In this document: piece after piece, positions 19,873 through 29,105 of the stretch
How positions within the stretch are numbered: the first letter of the stretch is position 1
How the letters are laid out: the number at the start of each line of letters is the position of its first letter
Source of the DNA: Coleofasciculus sp. B1-GNL1-01
Lineage (GTDB): Bacteria; Cyanobacteriota; Cyanobacteriia; Cyanobacteriales; Coleofasciculaceae
Reading direction: 5' to 3' (one strand)
DNA length: 38,235 nucleotides
NCBI GenBank assembly: GCA_040220235.1
Contig: JAVJTO010000016.1
Translations under genes and position numbers: made by a program
Notes under the pieces: model-generated
Seen by the model: the letters and a program-made list of their open reading frames with translations, nothing else
What the model was told of the DNA's origin: nothing
The model's database searches: none

Positions 19873-19957
19873 GCTATACAAACTTGCGTCCGCAAGGCAA
19901 GGACTCAATTCAGCCTGCGGAGGCAGGCTTTGTTTGTGTAGCAGCGATTTCAATCGC
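19873..19957. repeat. REPIN-like inverted REP doublet
   Basis: GCTATACAAAC...GTTTGTGTAGCAGCGATTTCAATCGC; related unit at 23831-23879. Confidence 0.7.
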
Positions 19958-19984
19958 TAAAATCATGAGAAAATGACTGTTTAA

Positions 19985-20542
19985 GCTGAAATTGAAGGGA
20001 CTATCACATCTGCGATCGCAGAAGGTGTGGATGGGGGTTGGGGTGTTTTTAGCTTAATTTTCATTGCCGTCTTGCGAGAGGGTTTTGAAACCGTGGTATT
20101 TATCGTTGCTAAGTTTCAACAGGGACTGGTGCCAGCTTTAGGAGCAGTGGGTGGCATAGTTGGAGCTGTGGTCATTGGTTTTCTCCTATTCAAGTGGGGC
20201 GTCAAGATTAACATCCGTCAGTTTTTCCAGGTTATGGGCGTTTTGTTACTCCTGATTGTTGCGGGTTTAGTTGTGGGGGCTTTAGCCCATTTTGACCAAG
20301 CTGCTGCTGCCTTGGCACAGATAAACCCTCAGTCACAAGCCTTGTGCTTCTACTATGACCACTTTGCTGAAGACCATTCCTGTCTTCTCGGACCAAGGGT
20401 TTGGAATACCAGTGGTATCTTACCTGACAATAAGTTTCCGGGTTTGGTGCTTAAGGCTTTATTTGGCTATCGAGCCAAAATCTACTTAGTGCAAGCGGTG
20501 AGCTACCTGGTATTTTTATTTGCGATCGGCAGTATTTATCGC
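19985..20542 (+). pseudogene. FTR1/EfeU iron permease remnant, 5' part missing and 3' end interrupted by IS
   Basis: AEIEGTITSAIAEGVDGGWGVFSLIFIAVLREGFETV: only one RExxE motif; in-frame TAA at 19982-19984 with no credible start. Confidence 0.85.
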
Positions 20543-20689
20543 GTGAGCGATGGTGAAGACTCCCGCGCTCTACAGCCGGGAGATGAAACCGAGCAAAGCG
20601 TCTAGCTAGTGGCCTTAGCCACGAGTCCTAGCAAACGTCCTGACGGTAGTTAGTTAATAGTTTATACTAGGATTAGGAGGTGATGCAAG

Positions 20690-21559
20690 TTGTTCAATCT
20701 GACCTACGAATTCAAGCTAAAACCAAATAAAAACGAGGTAGCCATTTTTGAAGATTGGCTAGAGCAGAATCGCCGTGTGTATAATTACGCATTAGCAGAA
20801 AGAAAGGATTGGTTCAAGTCGCGTAGTTGTCAGATCAACGCTTGCTCACTCCGATCTGAATACATCATTTCGGCTGATGCCCCTAGACCTACTTACAACA
20901 GGCAAGCCGTAGCCCTAACCGCCTACCGAAAAACCCGTAAAAATCTAAAACGGGTACACTCACAAGTGCTACAACAAACGCTCAAGCGTTTAGAAAAAGC
21001 GTTTGTCAGTATGTGGGAAGGTGGTCACGGTTTCCCACGGTTCAAGAAAGCTGGCAGAATGCGGTCTTTCGTGTTTCCTCAACTGGGGAAAGAACCCATT
21101 CAAGGGACTGCGGTTAAACTACCCATGATTGGGTTGGTCAAGTTTAACCAATCGCGTCCAATCCCGGATGGGGCAACCATCAAGCAAGTCCGTGTAGTCA
21201 AACGGGCATCAGGTTGGTACGTCATGCTAACCCTGCAATGGGATCTAGATGTACCTCAGCCAATGCCTCATGGTGAAGCCATAGGAATAGATGTAGGAAT
21301 CAGCCACTTTGCAGCCGTTTCAAACGGTAAATTATTCCCCAATCCTAAGCCTTTTCGGAAACTCGAACGCAAGCTTAAATTGCTGCAACAGAGGGTATCT
21401 AAAAAACGCAAGGGGAGTAATAACCTCCAAAAAGCTCAAGCTAAAGTTAGCCGACTGCATGAACGAATCGCCAACATCAGAAAAAACTACCACTGGGAGC
21501 TAGCGCATAATCTCTGTGACTGGGCGGGTATGATATTCGTTGAGGATCTCAACCTATAG
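20690..21559 (+). pseudogene. tnpB: TnpB, C-terminally truncated
   Basis: YEFKLKP, RRVYNYAL, GFPRFKK, RuvC-I IGIDVGI, stops at RuvC-II FVEDLNL; no Zn finger or RuvC-III; AGGAGG before TTG start. Confidence 0.92.
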
Positions 21560-21586
21560 GAAGCCCTCGGTATAATCTTTGATTTA

Positions 21587-21720
21587 TAGCACTACGCACT
21601 AAGGTTAGGACATATCAAGAAAAATTCAAATCCCTTGACCCTGAGCGAAGTCGAAGGGTCAATCCCTTGTCAGGTAAGCTTTTGTCTTCACTATTGCCTA
21701 TTCCCTGGCGCGTAGCGCTA
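21587..21720. mobile_element. 134 bp MITE with TA target duplication (IS630/Tc1-like)
   Basis: TA|TAGCACTACGC...GCGTAGCGCTA|TA (10/11 TIR match); removal restores the IS right-end hairpin. Confidence 0.8.
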
Positions 21721-21775
21721 TACCGAGGGAGGATGTCACTCAATGATTTCCTCATATTTGTCGGTTCTCTGGCAG

Positions 21776-21815
21776 TTCCCTCCCCTTGATAATGGGGAGG
21801 GTGAGGGTGGGGTCA
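21776..21815. repeat. REP-like CCCTCCCC(N)GGGGAGGG-TGAGGGTGGGGT
   Basis: Hairpin with G-rich tail downstream of typA. Confidence 0.6.
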
Positions 21816-21880
21816 GATCAAGGTTATTGCTTTCTTTTTTAGCTTAAGTTGACACCAATGACGGAGCGTGCGCCCCTACG

Positions 21881-23671
21881 TTAACGCTTCACCAACTTCT
21901 TCGTCACCTTCCGCAACCGCACCGACTGCGGCGTGATTTCCACCAATTCTTCCGGTCCGATATATTCCAACGCCCGTTCCAAACTCATCTCGGCTGGCGC
22001 TTGCAACTGCACCAATTCATCCCCGGTGGCGGAACGATGGTTGGTTAACTGCTTAGTCTTACAAACATTCAAATCCAAATCTTGAGGGCGGTTATGTTCG
22101 CCAACAATCATCCCCTTATATACCCGTGTCCCCGGTGTAATAAAGAATACCCCTCGGTCTTCGCCATTTTTCAACGAATAGAAAGTCGCCACCCCTTCCT
22201 CAAAGGCAATAATCACCCCATTGCGGCGGGTTTCCACATCACCGGAAAGCGGACGATAATCCAAGAAACTGTGATTCATAATCCCATCCCCCCGCGTCAG
22301 GCGCATGAACTCACCCCGGAAGCCAATTAAACCCCGTGCGGGAACCACAAATTCCAATTGGGTGCGACCATTGGCACTCACTAGCATATTCTGCATTTCG
22401 CCCTTGCGCTGTCCCAGGCGTTCAATACAGCCACCCACAGCGTCTTCGGGAATGTCTAGCGCCAAGACTTCGTAAGGTTCGCAGGGTTGACCTTTCACTT
22501 CCCGATAAATCACTTGCGGCTGAGATACCTGAAACTCATACCCCTCGCGGCGCATGGTTTCAATCAGGATACCCAGGTGTAATTCCCCCCGCCCAGAGAC
22601 TAAGAATTTATCCGGAGAATCGGTTTCATCGACACGCAGAGCCACATTCGTCTCTAATTCTCGCATCAAGCGATCGCGTAATTGCCGCGAAGTGACGTAA
22701 TCCCCTTCCTGACCCGCAAACGGCGAATCGTTCACCGAGAACGTCATCTGCAATGTCGGTTCATCAACCTTAATTAACGGTAAGGCTTGAGGTTCATTGG
22801 GACAGGTAATCGTCTCGCCGATATTGGCATTCGCAAACCCCGCCACGGCGACAATATTTCCGGCGGAGGCTTCGTCTAAATCAACGCGCTGGAGTCCTTC
22901 AAACCCCATGAGTTTACTAATTTTAGTCTTGACAATTTCCCCAGTTTCGGTTACTAAAGCCGCTTGCTGACCTGCTTTAATTACGCCGTTATGGATTCTG
23001 CCAATCACAATTCGACCCAGATAATCTGAATAATCCAGCGTCGTGACTTGCAATTGCAGGGGTTTACTCACATCACCCACAGGCGGCGGCACATGGCGCA
23101 GGATGGATTCAAATAAGGGTTGCATATCCACACCTTCGCTATCTAAATCCTCTTTGGCGTAGCCTTGTAACCCTGACGCAAACAGATAGGGAAACTCACA
23201 CTGATCATCATCCGCCCCCAATTCAATAAACAAATCCAGGACTTTATCCACAGCACCGTAGGGATCAGCTTGAGGACGGTCAATTTTATTCACCACCACA
23301 ATCGGGCGCAGTCCTTTTTCCAAGGCTTTCTTGAGGACGAACCGGGTTTGTGGCATGGGTCCTTCATTGGCATCCACAATTAGGATACAACCATCCACCA
23401 TCCCCAATACCCGTTCCACTTCCCCGCCAAAATCGGCGTGACCGGGAGTATCGACGATATTGATTAAGATATCTTTATAGTGAACCGCTGTATTTTTAGA
23501 CAGAATCGTAATTCCCCGCTCTCGCTCCAAATCATTGGAGTCCATAACGCAATCAGGAACCTCTTCCCCTTCACGGAAGATACCGGATTGTTTCAGCAGG
23601 GCGTCAACCAAGGTGGTTTTGCCGTGATCGACGTGGGCAATAATGGCAACGTTGCGAATCGGAAGAGTCAT
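21881..23671 (-). CDS. typA: Translational GTPase TypA/BipA
   Basis: [49 protein letters not shown]. Confidence 0.99.
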   Translation of the reverse strand: MTLPIRNVAIIAHVDHGKTTLVDALLKQSGIFREGEEVPDCVMDSNDLERERGITILSKNTAVHYKDILINIVDTPGHADFGGEVERVLGMVDGCILIVDANEGPMPQTRFVLKKALEKGLRPIVVVNKIDRPQADPYGAVDKVLDLFIELGADDDQCEFPYLFASGLQGYAKEDLDSEGVDMQPLFESILRHVPPPVGDVSKPLQLQVTTLDYSDYLGRIVIGRIHNGVIKAGQQAALVTETGEIVKTKISKLMGFEGLQRVDLDEASAGNIVAVAGFANANIGETITCPNEPQALPLIKVDEPTLQMTFSVNDSPFAGQEGDYVTSRQLRDRLMRELETNVALRVDETDSPDKFLVSGRGELHLGILIETMRREGYEFQVSQPQVIYREVKGQPCEPYEVLALDIPEDAVGGCIERLGQRKGEMQNMLVSANGRTQLEFVVPARGLIGFRGEFMRLTRGDGIMNHSFLDYRPLSGDVETRRNGVIIAFEEGVATFYSLKNGEDRGVFFITPGTRVYKGMIVGEHNRPQDLDLNVCKTKQLTNHRSATGDELVQLQAPAEMSLERALEYIGPEELVEITPQSVRLRKVTKKLVKR

Positions 23672-23743
23672 AAAGGCGTTAGGGAGTGAGATAAGAGAGG
23701 TCGATCTTACTATAGATTTCTTAATAATTGTAGCTTACACAAA

Positions 23744-23806
23744 GGGGGAGCGGGGGGAAGATGAGGGAGATGGAGGAGATGGGGAAGATGGGGGAGATGA
23801 GGGAGA
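23744..23806. repeat. Purine-rich 9-mer tandem repeat (GATGRGGRA-like)
   Basis: Related to the reverse complement of the 965-1045 array. Confidence 0.8.
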
Positions 23807-23915
23807 ATGCAGCAAGCCCTAATCTAGTCTAGTCCGCGCAGGCGGACGCAAGTTTGTGTAGCAGCGACTTCTAGTCGCCAGGGCAAAAAGGGGGTTTCTT
23901 ACTGTTAAACCGGGC

Positions 23916-23969
23916 GCACGTCAGTCTAAACCGGGCGCACGTCTGTGCGCCCCTACGGTTGGCGGGCGT
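23916..23969. repeat. Left arm of ~50 bp inverted repeat (REP-like)
   Basis: GCACGTCAGT..GGGCGCACGTCTGTGCGCCCCTACGGTT..GGGCGT; 28 bp core is exact reverse complement of 24962-24989. Confidence 0.85.
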
Positions 23970-24059
23970 CAGGTTAATCCATCTGGTTTAGGTGGGCTAC
24001 GCCACTACAATTTGGCTGATTGAGAATCGTGCAACCGATGAGATATATCCGGCTTTGTT

Positions 24060-24518
24060 TCAGAAGTTGAATGATTCTCTCTCCTTTATATAAATGCTTC
24101 GCAGCCATTCTAGAGTTGCGCCCGACAGTCCAAATTGAATTTGGTTCACCAATTCCCCCCATTGATACAGTTCTGATAGAGACAGGGATTGCTGAAACTT
24201 CTGTTGGTAAAATGTTGCCCAAAAGTCCGGCGCTTTGTACTTATGCTTGCGCCAGCGCCTGCGCCAACAGAGGGTATCTTTCAGCGTGGGCGAGTCTACA
24301 CCTAAAATTGGCGGGATATCGGCATAACTGACAAACGTGCTGACTCCCTTGCCAACAACATGAATCACATATCGCCAGCAGTCAATGCGATAAATGTCGT
24401 CAGGATGGAGATTGAGTAGAAGCGCAATGGCTTCTGGGGTAACAAATCGTTGTAAGGGATGAGTGGCTCTTGATTTTACCTGAAGTGTTGATAACATAGG
24501 AGATGCACCCCAAATCAT
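24060..24518 (-). CDS. Hypothetical protein (basic, Trp-rich)
   Basis: 152 aa ORF divergent from an HTH gene; start could be ATG 24497. Confidence 0.7.
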   Translation of the reverse strand: MIWGASPMLSTLQVKSRATHPLQRFVTPEAIALLLNLHPDDIYRIDCWRYVIHVVGKGVSTFVSYADIPPILGVDSPTLKDTLCWRRRWRKHKYKAPDFWATFYQQKFQQSLSLSELYQWGELVNQIQFGLSGATLEWLRSIYIKERESFNF

Positions 24519-24615
24519 GGGGTTGTAGATTTATGACATAGCGATCGCAATCTGGCTACATACCTAATGGTGCGATCGCTTTTAATTTGCTTAATGTAGG
24601 CGAAATTTAAACTTT

Positions 24616-24837
24616 ATGTCAAGAGGCGAACGAGTTCGGTTGCGGATTAGGGAACTAGCGGCTAGGGAAAACTGGACGTTGCTGGATGTCGCTGAACGGT
24701 CTGGAGTCCCCTATAGTACCATCAAAACCTACGCGCGATCGCCAGGAATGACGATGGTGGATATTGGGGCGCTGCTGAAGTTAGCACGGACATTTGATGT
24801 ATTGATAGAGGATTTGTTTGAGATTGTGAAAGAGTAA
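24616..24837 (+). CDS. Cro/C1-type (XRE) HTH regulator
   Basis: WTLLDVAERSGVPYSTIKTY, LARTFDVLIEDL. Confidence 0.88.
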   Translation: MSRGERVRLRIRELAARENWTLLDVAERSGVPYSTIKTYARSPGMTMVDIGALLKLARTFDVLIEDLFEIVKE

Positions 24838-24879
24838 GTCATTCGTCATTTGTCATTTGTCATTCGTCATTTGTCATAC
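24838..24879. repeat. STRR-type heptamer tandem repeat x6
   Basis: GTCATTY units as at 913-961. Confidence 0.9.
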
Positions 24880-24952
24880 TCGTTCCCGAAAAGAAGCAAG
24901 CTACGTCTTATGTCCTATGTAAGGATTTAAGGAATATTTATGAATTAGCCCC

Positions 24953-25003
24953 ACGCCCGGAAACCGTAGGGGCGCACAGACGTGCGCCCTGACACTGACG
25001 TGC
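24953..25003. repeat. Right arm of ~50 bp inverted repeat (REP-like)
   Basis: ACGCCC..AACCGTAGGGGCGCACAGACGTGCGCCC..ACTGACGTGC. Confidence 0.85.
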
Positions 25004-25203
25004 TAGCGCGAGTTCGGCTGATAGTCTGGTGGTAAACCCGGATTAAACATCACCACAAATTGGGCATTTGGCATCAGACGGCGGAGTATGCACAGATGAC
25101 CATCCGCATCGGAACGGCTACGATACTGTGCTACAGTGACTCCTTGCATTTTGGGTAGCAGGCGAACCAGCACCCAAGGATAAAGGCGTTCTCTGTAAGG
25201 CAT
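25003..25203 (-). CDS. Small hypothetical protein
   Basis: 66 aa, GGAG upstream on minus strand; YRERLYPW...YRSRSDADGHL...F pattern resembles small cyanobacterial hypothetical proteins. Confidence 0.75.
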   Translation of the reverse strand: MPYRERLYPWVLVRLLPKMQGVTVAQYRSRSDADGHLCILRRLMPNAQFVVMFNPGLPPDYQPNSR

Positions 25204-25361
25204 AATAAATGTGTCTCCATCTGAAATTGGAGCCAGAGCCAGTGCTAAAAGGTTGGTAGCCGGGATGCACTGGCTTTCTGACTGTTTGAAACTATGCCTT
25301 CATATTAAATGGAAAACTTAACCAAGTCAACTAAGCTAAGTTATCTAGGTATCAGGTAGTA

Positions 25362-25562
25362 ATGGCTAATTTGGGAGAAAAGCTGAAACAACGACGAGAA
25401 TCGTTGAATTTAACACAACGGCAACTGGCTCATGAATTAGATGTAACGATAACAACGGTGCAAAACTGGGAAGCTGGCAGGCACATTCCTAAGCTATATC
25501 CTGCACAAATGAAAAGGTTGTGTGATTTGTTAAACCTCACCTTAGAAGAGTTAGCCGAGTAG
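25362..25562 (+). CDS. XRE HTH protein (copy A)
   Basis: LTQRQLAHELDVTITTVQNWEAGR. Confidence 0.9.
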   Translation: MANLGEKLKQRRESLNLTQRQLAHELDVTITTVQNWEAGRHIPKLYPAQMKRLCDLLNLTLEELAE

Positions 25563-25634
25563 CATATTTAGTTGAGTTGTGGGCAAATTATAGTTAAGTC
25601 AATTTAACCATGAGGATTTTGGAATAAAACAGTA

Positions 25635-25841
25635 ATGACGAGTGTGGGGGAAAAGCTTAAACGCCAACGTGAATCACTGCATCTGACGCAGCAGCAAGTC
25701 GCTGATCAATTGGGTGTGACGGTAACTACTGTGAAAAATTGGGAAGCTGGCAGACATATACCAAAGCTTTACCCCATCCAGACGAAAGCATTGTGTGATT
25801 TGCTCGATTTAACCTTAGACGAGTTGGCAGAGTATAGTTAA
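25635..25841 (+). CDS. XRE HTH protein (B)
   Basis: LTQQQVADQLGVTVTTVKNWEAGR. Confidence 0.9.
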   Translation: MTSVGEKLKRQRESLHLTQQQVADQLGVTVTTVKNWEAGRHIPKLYPIQTKALCDLLDLTLDELAEYS

Positions 25842-25856
25842 GGCAATCAGGAGGCA

Positions 25857-26090
25857 ATGAGTTCAGGGAAGAAGCTGATGCAGCTAAGAAAACGGTTGGG
25901 ACTAACTCAGAAACGGGTAGCGGATGCGGTAGGCGTCACGGATCAAACTGTCAGCAACTGGGAAGCTGGCAGATTTGAACCTCGACTCACGATTCGTCAG
26001 ACACAGGCTTTATGTAGCATCTTGCAATGTCCTTTAGAGGAACTTCCTAGTTTTAATGATGCCCAAGAGTCAGACAGCAAACGTGGGTGA
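25857..26090 (+). CDS. XRE HTH protein (C)
   Basis: LTQKRVADAVGVTDQTVSNWEAGR; AGGAGG RBS. Confidence 0.9.
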   Translation: MSSGKKLMQLRKRLGLTQKRVADAVGVTDQTVSNWEAGRFEPRLTIRQTQALCSILQCPLEELPSFNDAQESDSKRG

Positions 26091-26138
26091 CTGATTGGGA
26101 AAGGGATGTCGGTAAAGGCAAGACGCGATCGCTTAAAA

Positions 26139-26348
26139 ATGGCTAATTTGGGAGAAAAGCTGAAACAACGACGAGAATCGTTGAATTTGACGCAACGGCA
26201 ACTGGCTCATGAATTAGATGTAACGATAACAACGGTGCAAAACTGGGAAGCTGGCAGGCATATTCCCAAGCTATACCCAGCACAAATGAAAATATTATGT
26301 GATTTGCTAAACCTCACCTTGGAAGAGTTAGCCGAGTGGCATATTTAG
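26139..26348 (+). CDS. XRE HTH protein (copy A')
   Basis: Near-identical to 25362-25562; ATG 26139 chosen by homology. Confidence 0.9.
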   Translation: MANLGEKLKQRRESLNLTQRQLAHELDVTITTVQNWEAGRHIPKLYPAQMKILCDLLNLTLEELAEWHI

Positions 26349-26908
26349 TTGAGTTGGATGATTAGGCGGTGCGTTACGCTGCGCTAACACACCCTACAGA
26401 TAGAACAGATAAAGGCGGTGCGTCAGTCTTAAGGATAAAAGTCCAAGTCCGCTTTATGAAGCTTTCATGAAGAGGACTTCATTACTGTGCCAAAACGAGG
26501 TTATAAATTTAGCTTATTGAATGAAGTGATTGATGTAAACAACTGTCACGATTACTTAATAACTGGAGCAATATCTCAATAAAGCATTACTTATTTTAGT
26601 AAAAGTTGATCGTAATCTCAGATAAGCTGAGAGAGTCTTTGATAGAGGAAATCCCTTGACAGAGCTGATTTTACAGTCATTATAAGTATACTTTTGTTGT
26701 AATGGATTATTAATATTAGTTATCATTAACCTTTAAATGAGCAATTACTTCCATGATTTTTTCTAAAAATTAACTCTGTAAAAACTTGATGAAGATGTCA
26801 ATTTACTATTTTATTTCTCCAGAGTCAAGAGTAAGATTACTTATAGTCAAGGCTGTGACTTCAACAAAAAACAGTCAATAGTTGTTTCCTATGAAAGGTA
26901 TCCCTATT

Positions 26909-27802
26909 ATGAACACGAAAAAAATTGCCACTCTGCTGGGTACAGTTACAGCAACCGTTTGCTTAATTTCTGCCATGGGACAAGCCGCTAATGCTAGTAC
27001 CTTTTACAACGACTGGCATTATGCGATCGACCCGCCTAGTGATGGGAATCTAAGTGATAGTTATCCACAAAACAGCATTTATGAGTTGTACGGTATAGCT
27101 ATCAAGCACGATGCTGAAGCTGATAAAGTTTATGTAGCGATTAACAGCGATTTTCCTATAGAAGGTGATCGCGATGATCCTGAAGGACAATTTAGCCGTT
27201 ATGAATGGGGAGATTTCTTTTTCAATTTTTCCGATCTAAGTAGTCTTGATAACGCACAGGGTAGCTTGTTGGCTGTTCGCTTTGGAGAATATGCTGAAAG
27301 CATTGATGGAACAGAAAACAGTGGAGTGGGAGTTTATAGTAACGTTACGGCTAAAACCTCCTATCAAACTCTCTTTGACTCCTTAGAATACTACAACATT
27401 GCTGTTTATGGCAACGGCTCTATGGCTGATTTAGCTATCAATGATCCTTACTGGTTTGACGCACAAGGAAACGATCCAATCCTAAATGTGATTGATAGCG
27501 GACAGTACATACCTAGGAGTGAGAGTGGTTTCGAGTCTCTTAATGCCACAGAGTTGACAAATATTGGACTTGACTTCGGTGGTGTCTTGACAGAAACGGG
27601 TCGTGAAACCTTTGGATTTAGTTTTAACAAAGATTTGTTGCCTAGTGAGCGCTATATTGCCCATGTCTTTGAAACTTGCGGCAATGATGGCGCAGCTATT
27701 GCCGTACCTGAACCATCTACAATGGTAGGACTTTTTGGACTCGGCTTAACTGTCCTCGGTAGTCAGATCAGCAAGCGGCGCAAGGGAAATGGCGTTTCGT
27801 AG
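26909..27802 (+). CDS. PEP-CTERM sorting-domain surface protein
   Basis: Signal peptide ending AANA; C-terminal CGND-AVPEPST, TM helix, KRRK; start 26891 or 26909. Confidence 0.92.
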   Translation: MNTKKIATLLGTVTATVCLISAMGQAANASTFYNDWHYAIDPPSDGNLSDSYPQNSIYELYGIAIKHDAEADKVYVAINSDFPIEGDRDDPEGQFSRYEWGDFFFNFSDLSSLDNAQGSLLAVRFGEYAESIDGTENSGVGVYSNVTAKTSYQTLFDSLEYYNIAVYGNGSMADLAINDPYWFDAQGNDPILNVIDSGQYIPRSESGFESLNATELTNIGLDFGGVLTETGRETFGFSFNKDLLPSERYIAHVFETCGNDGAAIAVPEPSTMVGLFGLGLTVLGSQISKRRKGNGVS

Positions 27803-27974
27803 TAAATCTTCCAGAAAAAGGAAAAAATCCCCTTGAGTCGAGATAAAAACGGGTTAGGCTGGAGAATCAGAAGTCTACCGTGAGAAAAAATAACGCACAC
27901 CTAGCTAGTCACTTAATTAAATTCTGTACAAAATTTAATCAGCGGAGATTTCAGTATTAAATGTCTAACCGTCA

Positions 27975-28003
27975 AACCCCCTTTCTTGACTAGGAAGGGG
28001 GTT
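27975..28003. terminator. Putative intrinsic terminator hairpin
   Basis: AACCCCCTTTCT(TGACT)AGGAAGGGGGTT with AT-rich flank. Confidence 0.5.
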
Positions 28004-28079
28004 ATTAATTATCTACTAAACTACTCGCTTTTAATTCAGATATGCCAAAATCGATGATATGTATCATCAATTTTGAGCA

Positions 28080-29105
28080 ATGACTTGGTCTTCTGGACAG
28101 AAGTTGCATGGCAACAATTATATTCTGGAAAAAGAATTAAAACGCGGACAATTTAGCGTTACCTATCTGGCGAGCGATCGCAAGAAAAATCAATGGGTGG
28201 TCAAAACCCTGAGCGATCAGCTAATCCACGACTTCAACCAACCGGAAGTCGATCAAATTCAGGAAACCTTTTTGTGCGAAGCGGTAAAGCTAGTAAAATG
28301 CCGACATCCTCATCTGGTGCAAGTTATAGAACCATTGGTCGAAGGACATCAGGTTGGCATTGTCATGGAGTATCTGGATGGTGTCGATTTAGCCAGCCAC
28401 GCCCAAAAGGGTTTGCCGGAATCAGAAGCGCTGCTTTATATTCAACAAATTGGCGAAGCGCTGAAAGTGATTCACGAGGCGGGGTTAATCCATCGAGATG
28501 TCAAACCCAGTAATATTCGATTACGCACCGATAAACAAGAAGCCGTGTTAATTGATTTTGGGTTAGCGCGAGGATGTGAGGATGCGTCAACCACGGTTGA
28601 TACTCATACAGCCGATGGGTTTGATGCCCTAGAGCTTTATAATGTAGACACTCCCCTAGGAGCTTATACGGATGTTTATTCATTAGCGGCAACGCTATAC
28701 TTTTTAGTCACGGGAGAAATTCCGCCCAAGGCAATGGATCGCTGTTTGTCGAAAGCGCGATTAATTCCACCCAAACAGATTAACGAACAAATTAGCGATC
28801 GCACGAATGAAGTGATTCTGATTGGGATGGCGCTCCAGGTTGATGAACGCCCCCAAACCATACAGGAATGGCTGGATTTACTGGGATTACAGCGTCAAAT
28901 TCCTGGATCAAAACGCCAGAAGTCACCCATGATTTTAATCGGCGCAATCATCGCCGTCGTTGGTGTGTTAGGTTTAATTGCGGCTTGGTTCTTGTTCAAA
29001 CCTACAGCCATCCCTCAAGAACCCACACCCGTGCAAACGCCAGTCTCGTTAATTTATACGCCTGTCAGTAGCGTTTCCCCAATCACCTTTTGGTCAAACG
29101 GTTAA
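28080..29105 (+). CDS. Ser/Thr protein kinase with C-terminal TM helix
   Basis: VVKTL, HRDVKPSN, IDFGLAR, DVYSLAAT. Confidence 0.92.
   Translation: MTWSSGQKLHGNNYILEKELKRGQFSVTYLASDRKKNQWVVKTLSDQLIHDFNQPEVDQIQETFLCEAVKLVKCRHPHLVQVIEPLVEGHQVGIVMEYLDGVDLASHAQKGLPESEALLYIQQIGEALKVIHEAGLIHRDVKPSNIRLRTDKQEAVLIDFGLARGCEDASTTVDTHTADGFDALELYNVDTPLGAYTDVYSLAATLYFLVTGEIPPKAMDRCLSKARLIPPKQINEQISDRTNEVILIGMALQVDERPQTIQEWLDLLGLQRQIPGSKRQKSPMILIGAIIAVVGVLGLIAAWFLFKPTAIPQEPTPVQTPVSLIYTPVSSVSPITFWSNG

Larger units (their letters stand above)
20543..21739 (+). mobile_element. IS200/IS605-family (IS1341-like, tnpB only) element, internally deleted
   Basis: Left end GTGAGCGATGGT-GAAG-ACTCCCG...CGGGAG after TCGC; right end GAAG-CCCTCGGTA...TACCGAGGG-AGGATGTCAC; left boundary could alternatively be 20540. 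Confidence 0.88.

Noticed and set aside
22082..24331. ORFs 22082-22330, 22336-22695, 23480-23689, 23974-24222, 24071-24331
   Set aside because: Overlap typA or the 152 aa ORF in other frames or strands with no independent support
25361..26356. DGR template/variable repeat pair
   Set aside because: Differences include C/T changes at third codon positions rather than adenine-specific changes, and no reverse transcriptase is present
23916..26356. Prophage immunity region
   Set aside because: No integrase, structural or replication genes or att-like site seen
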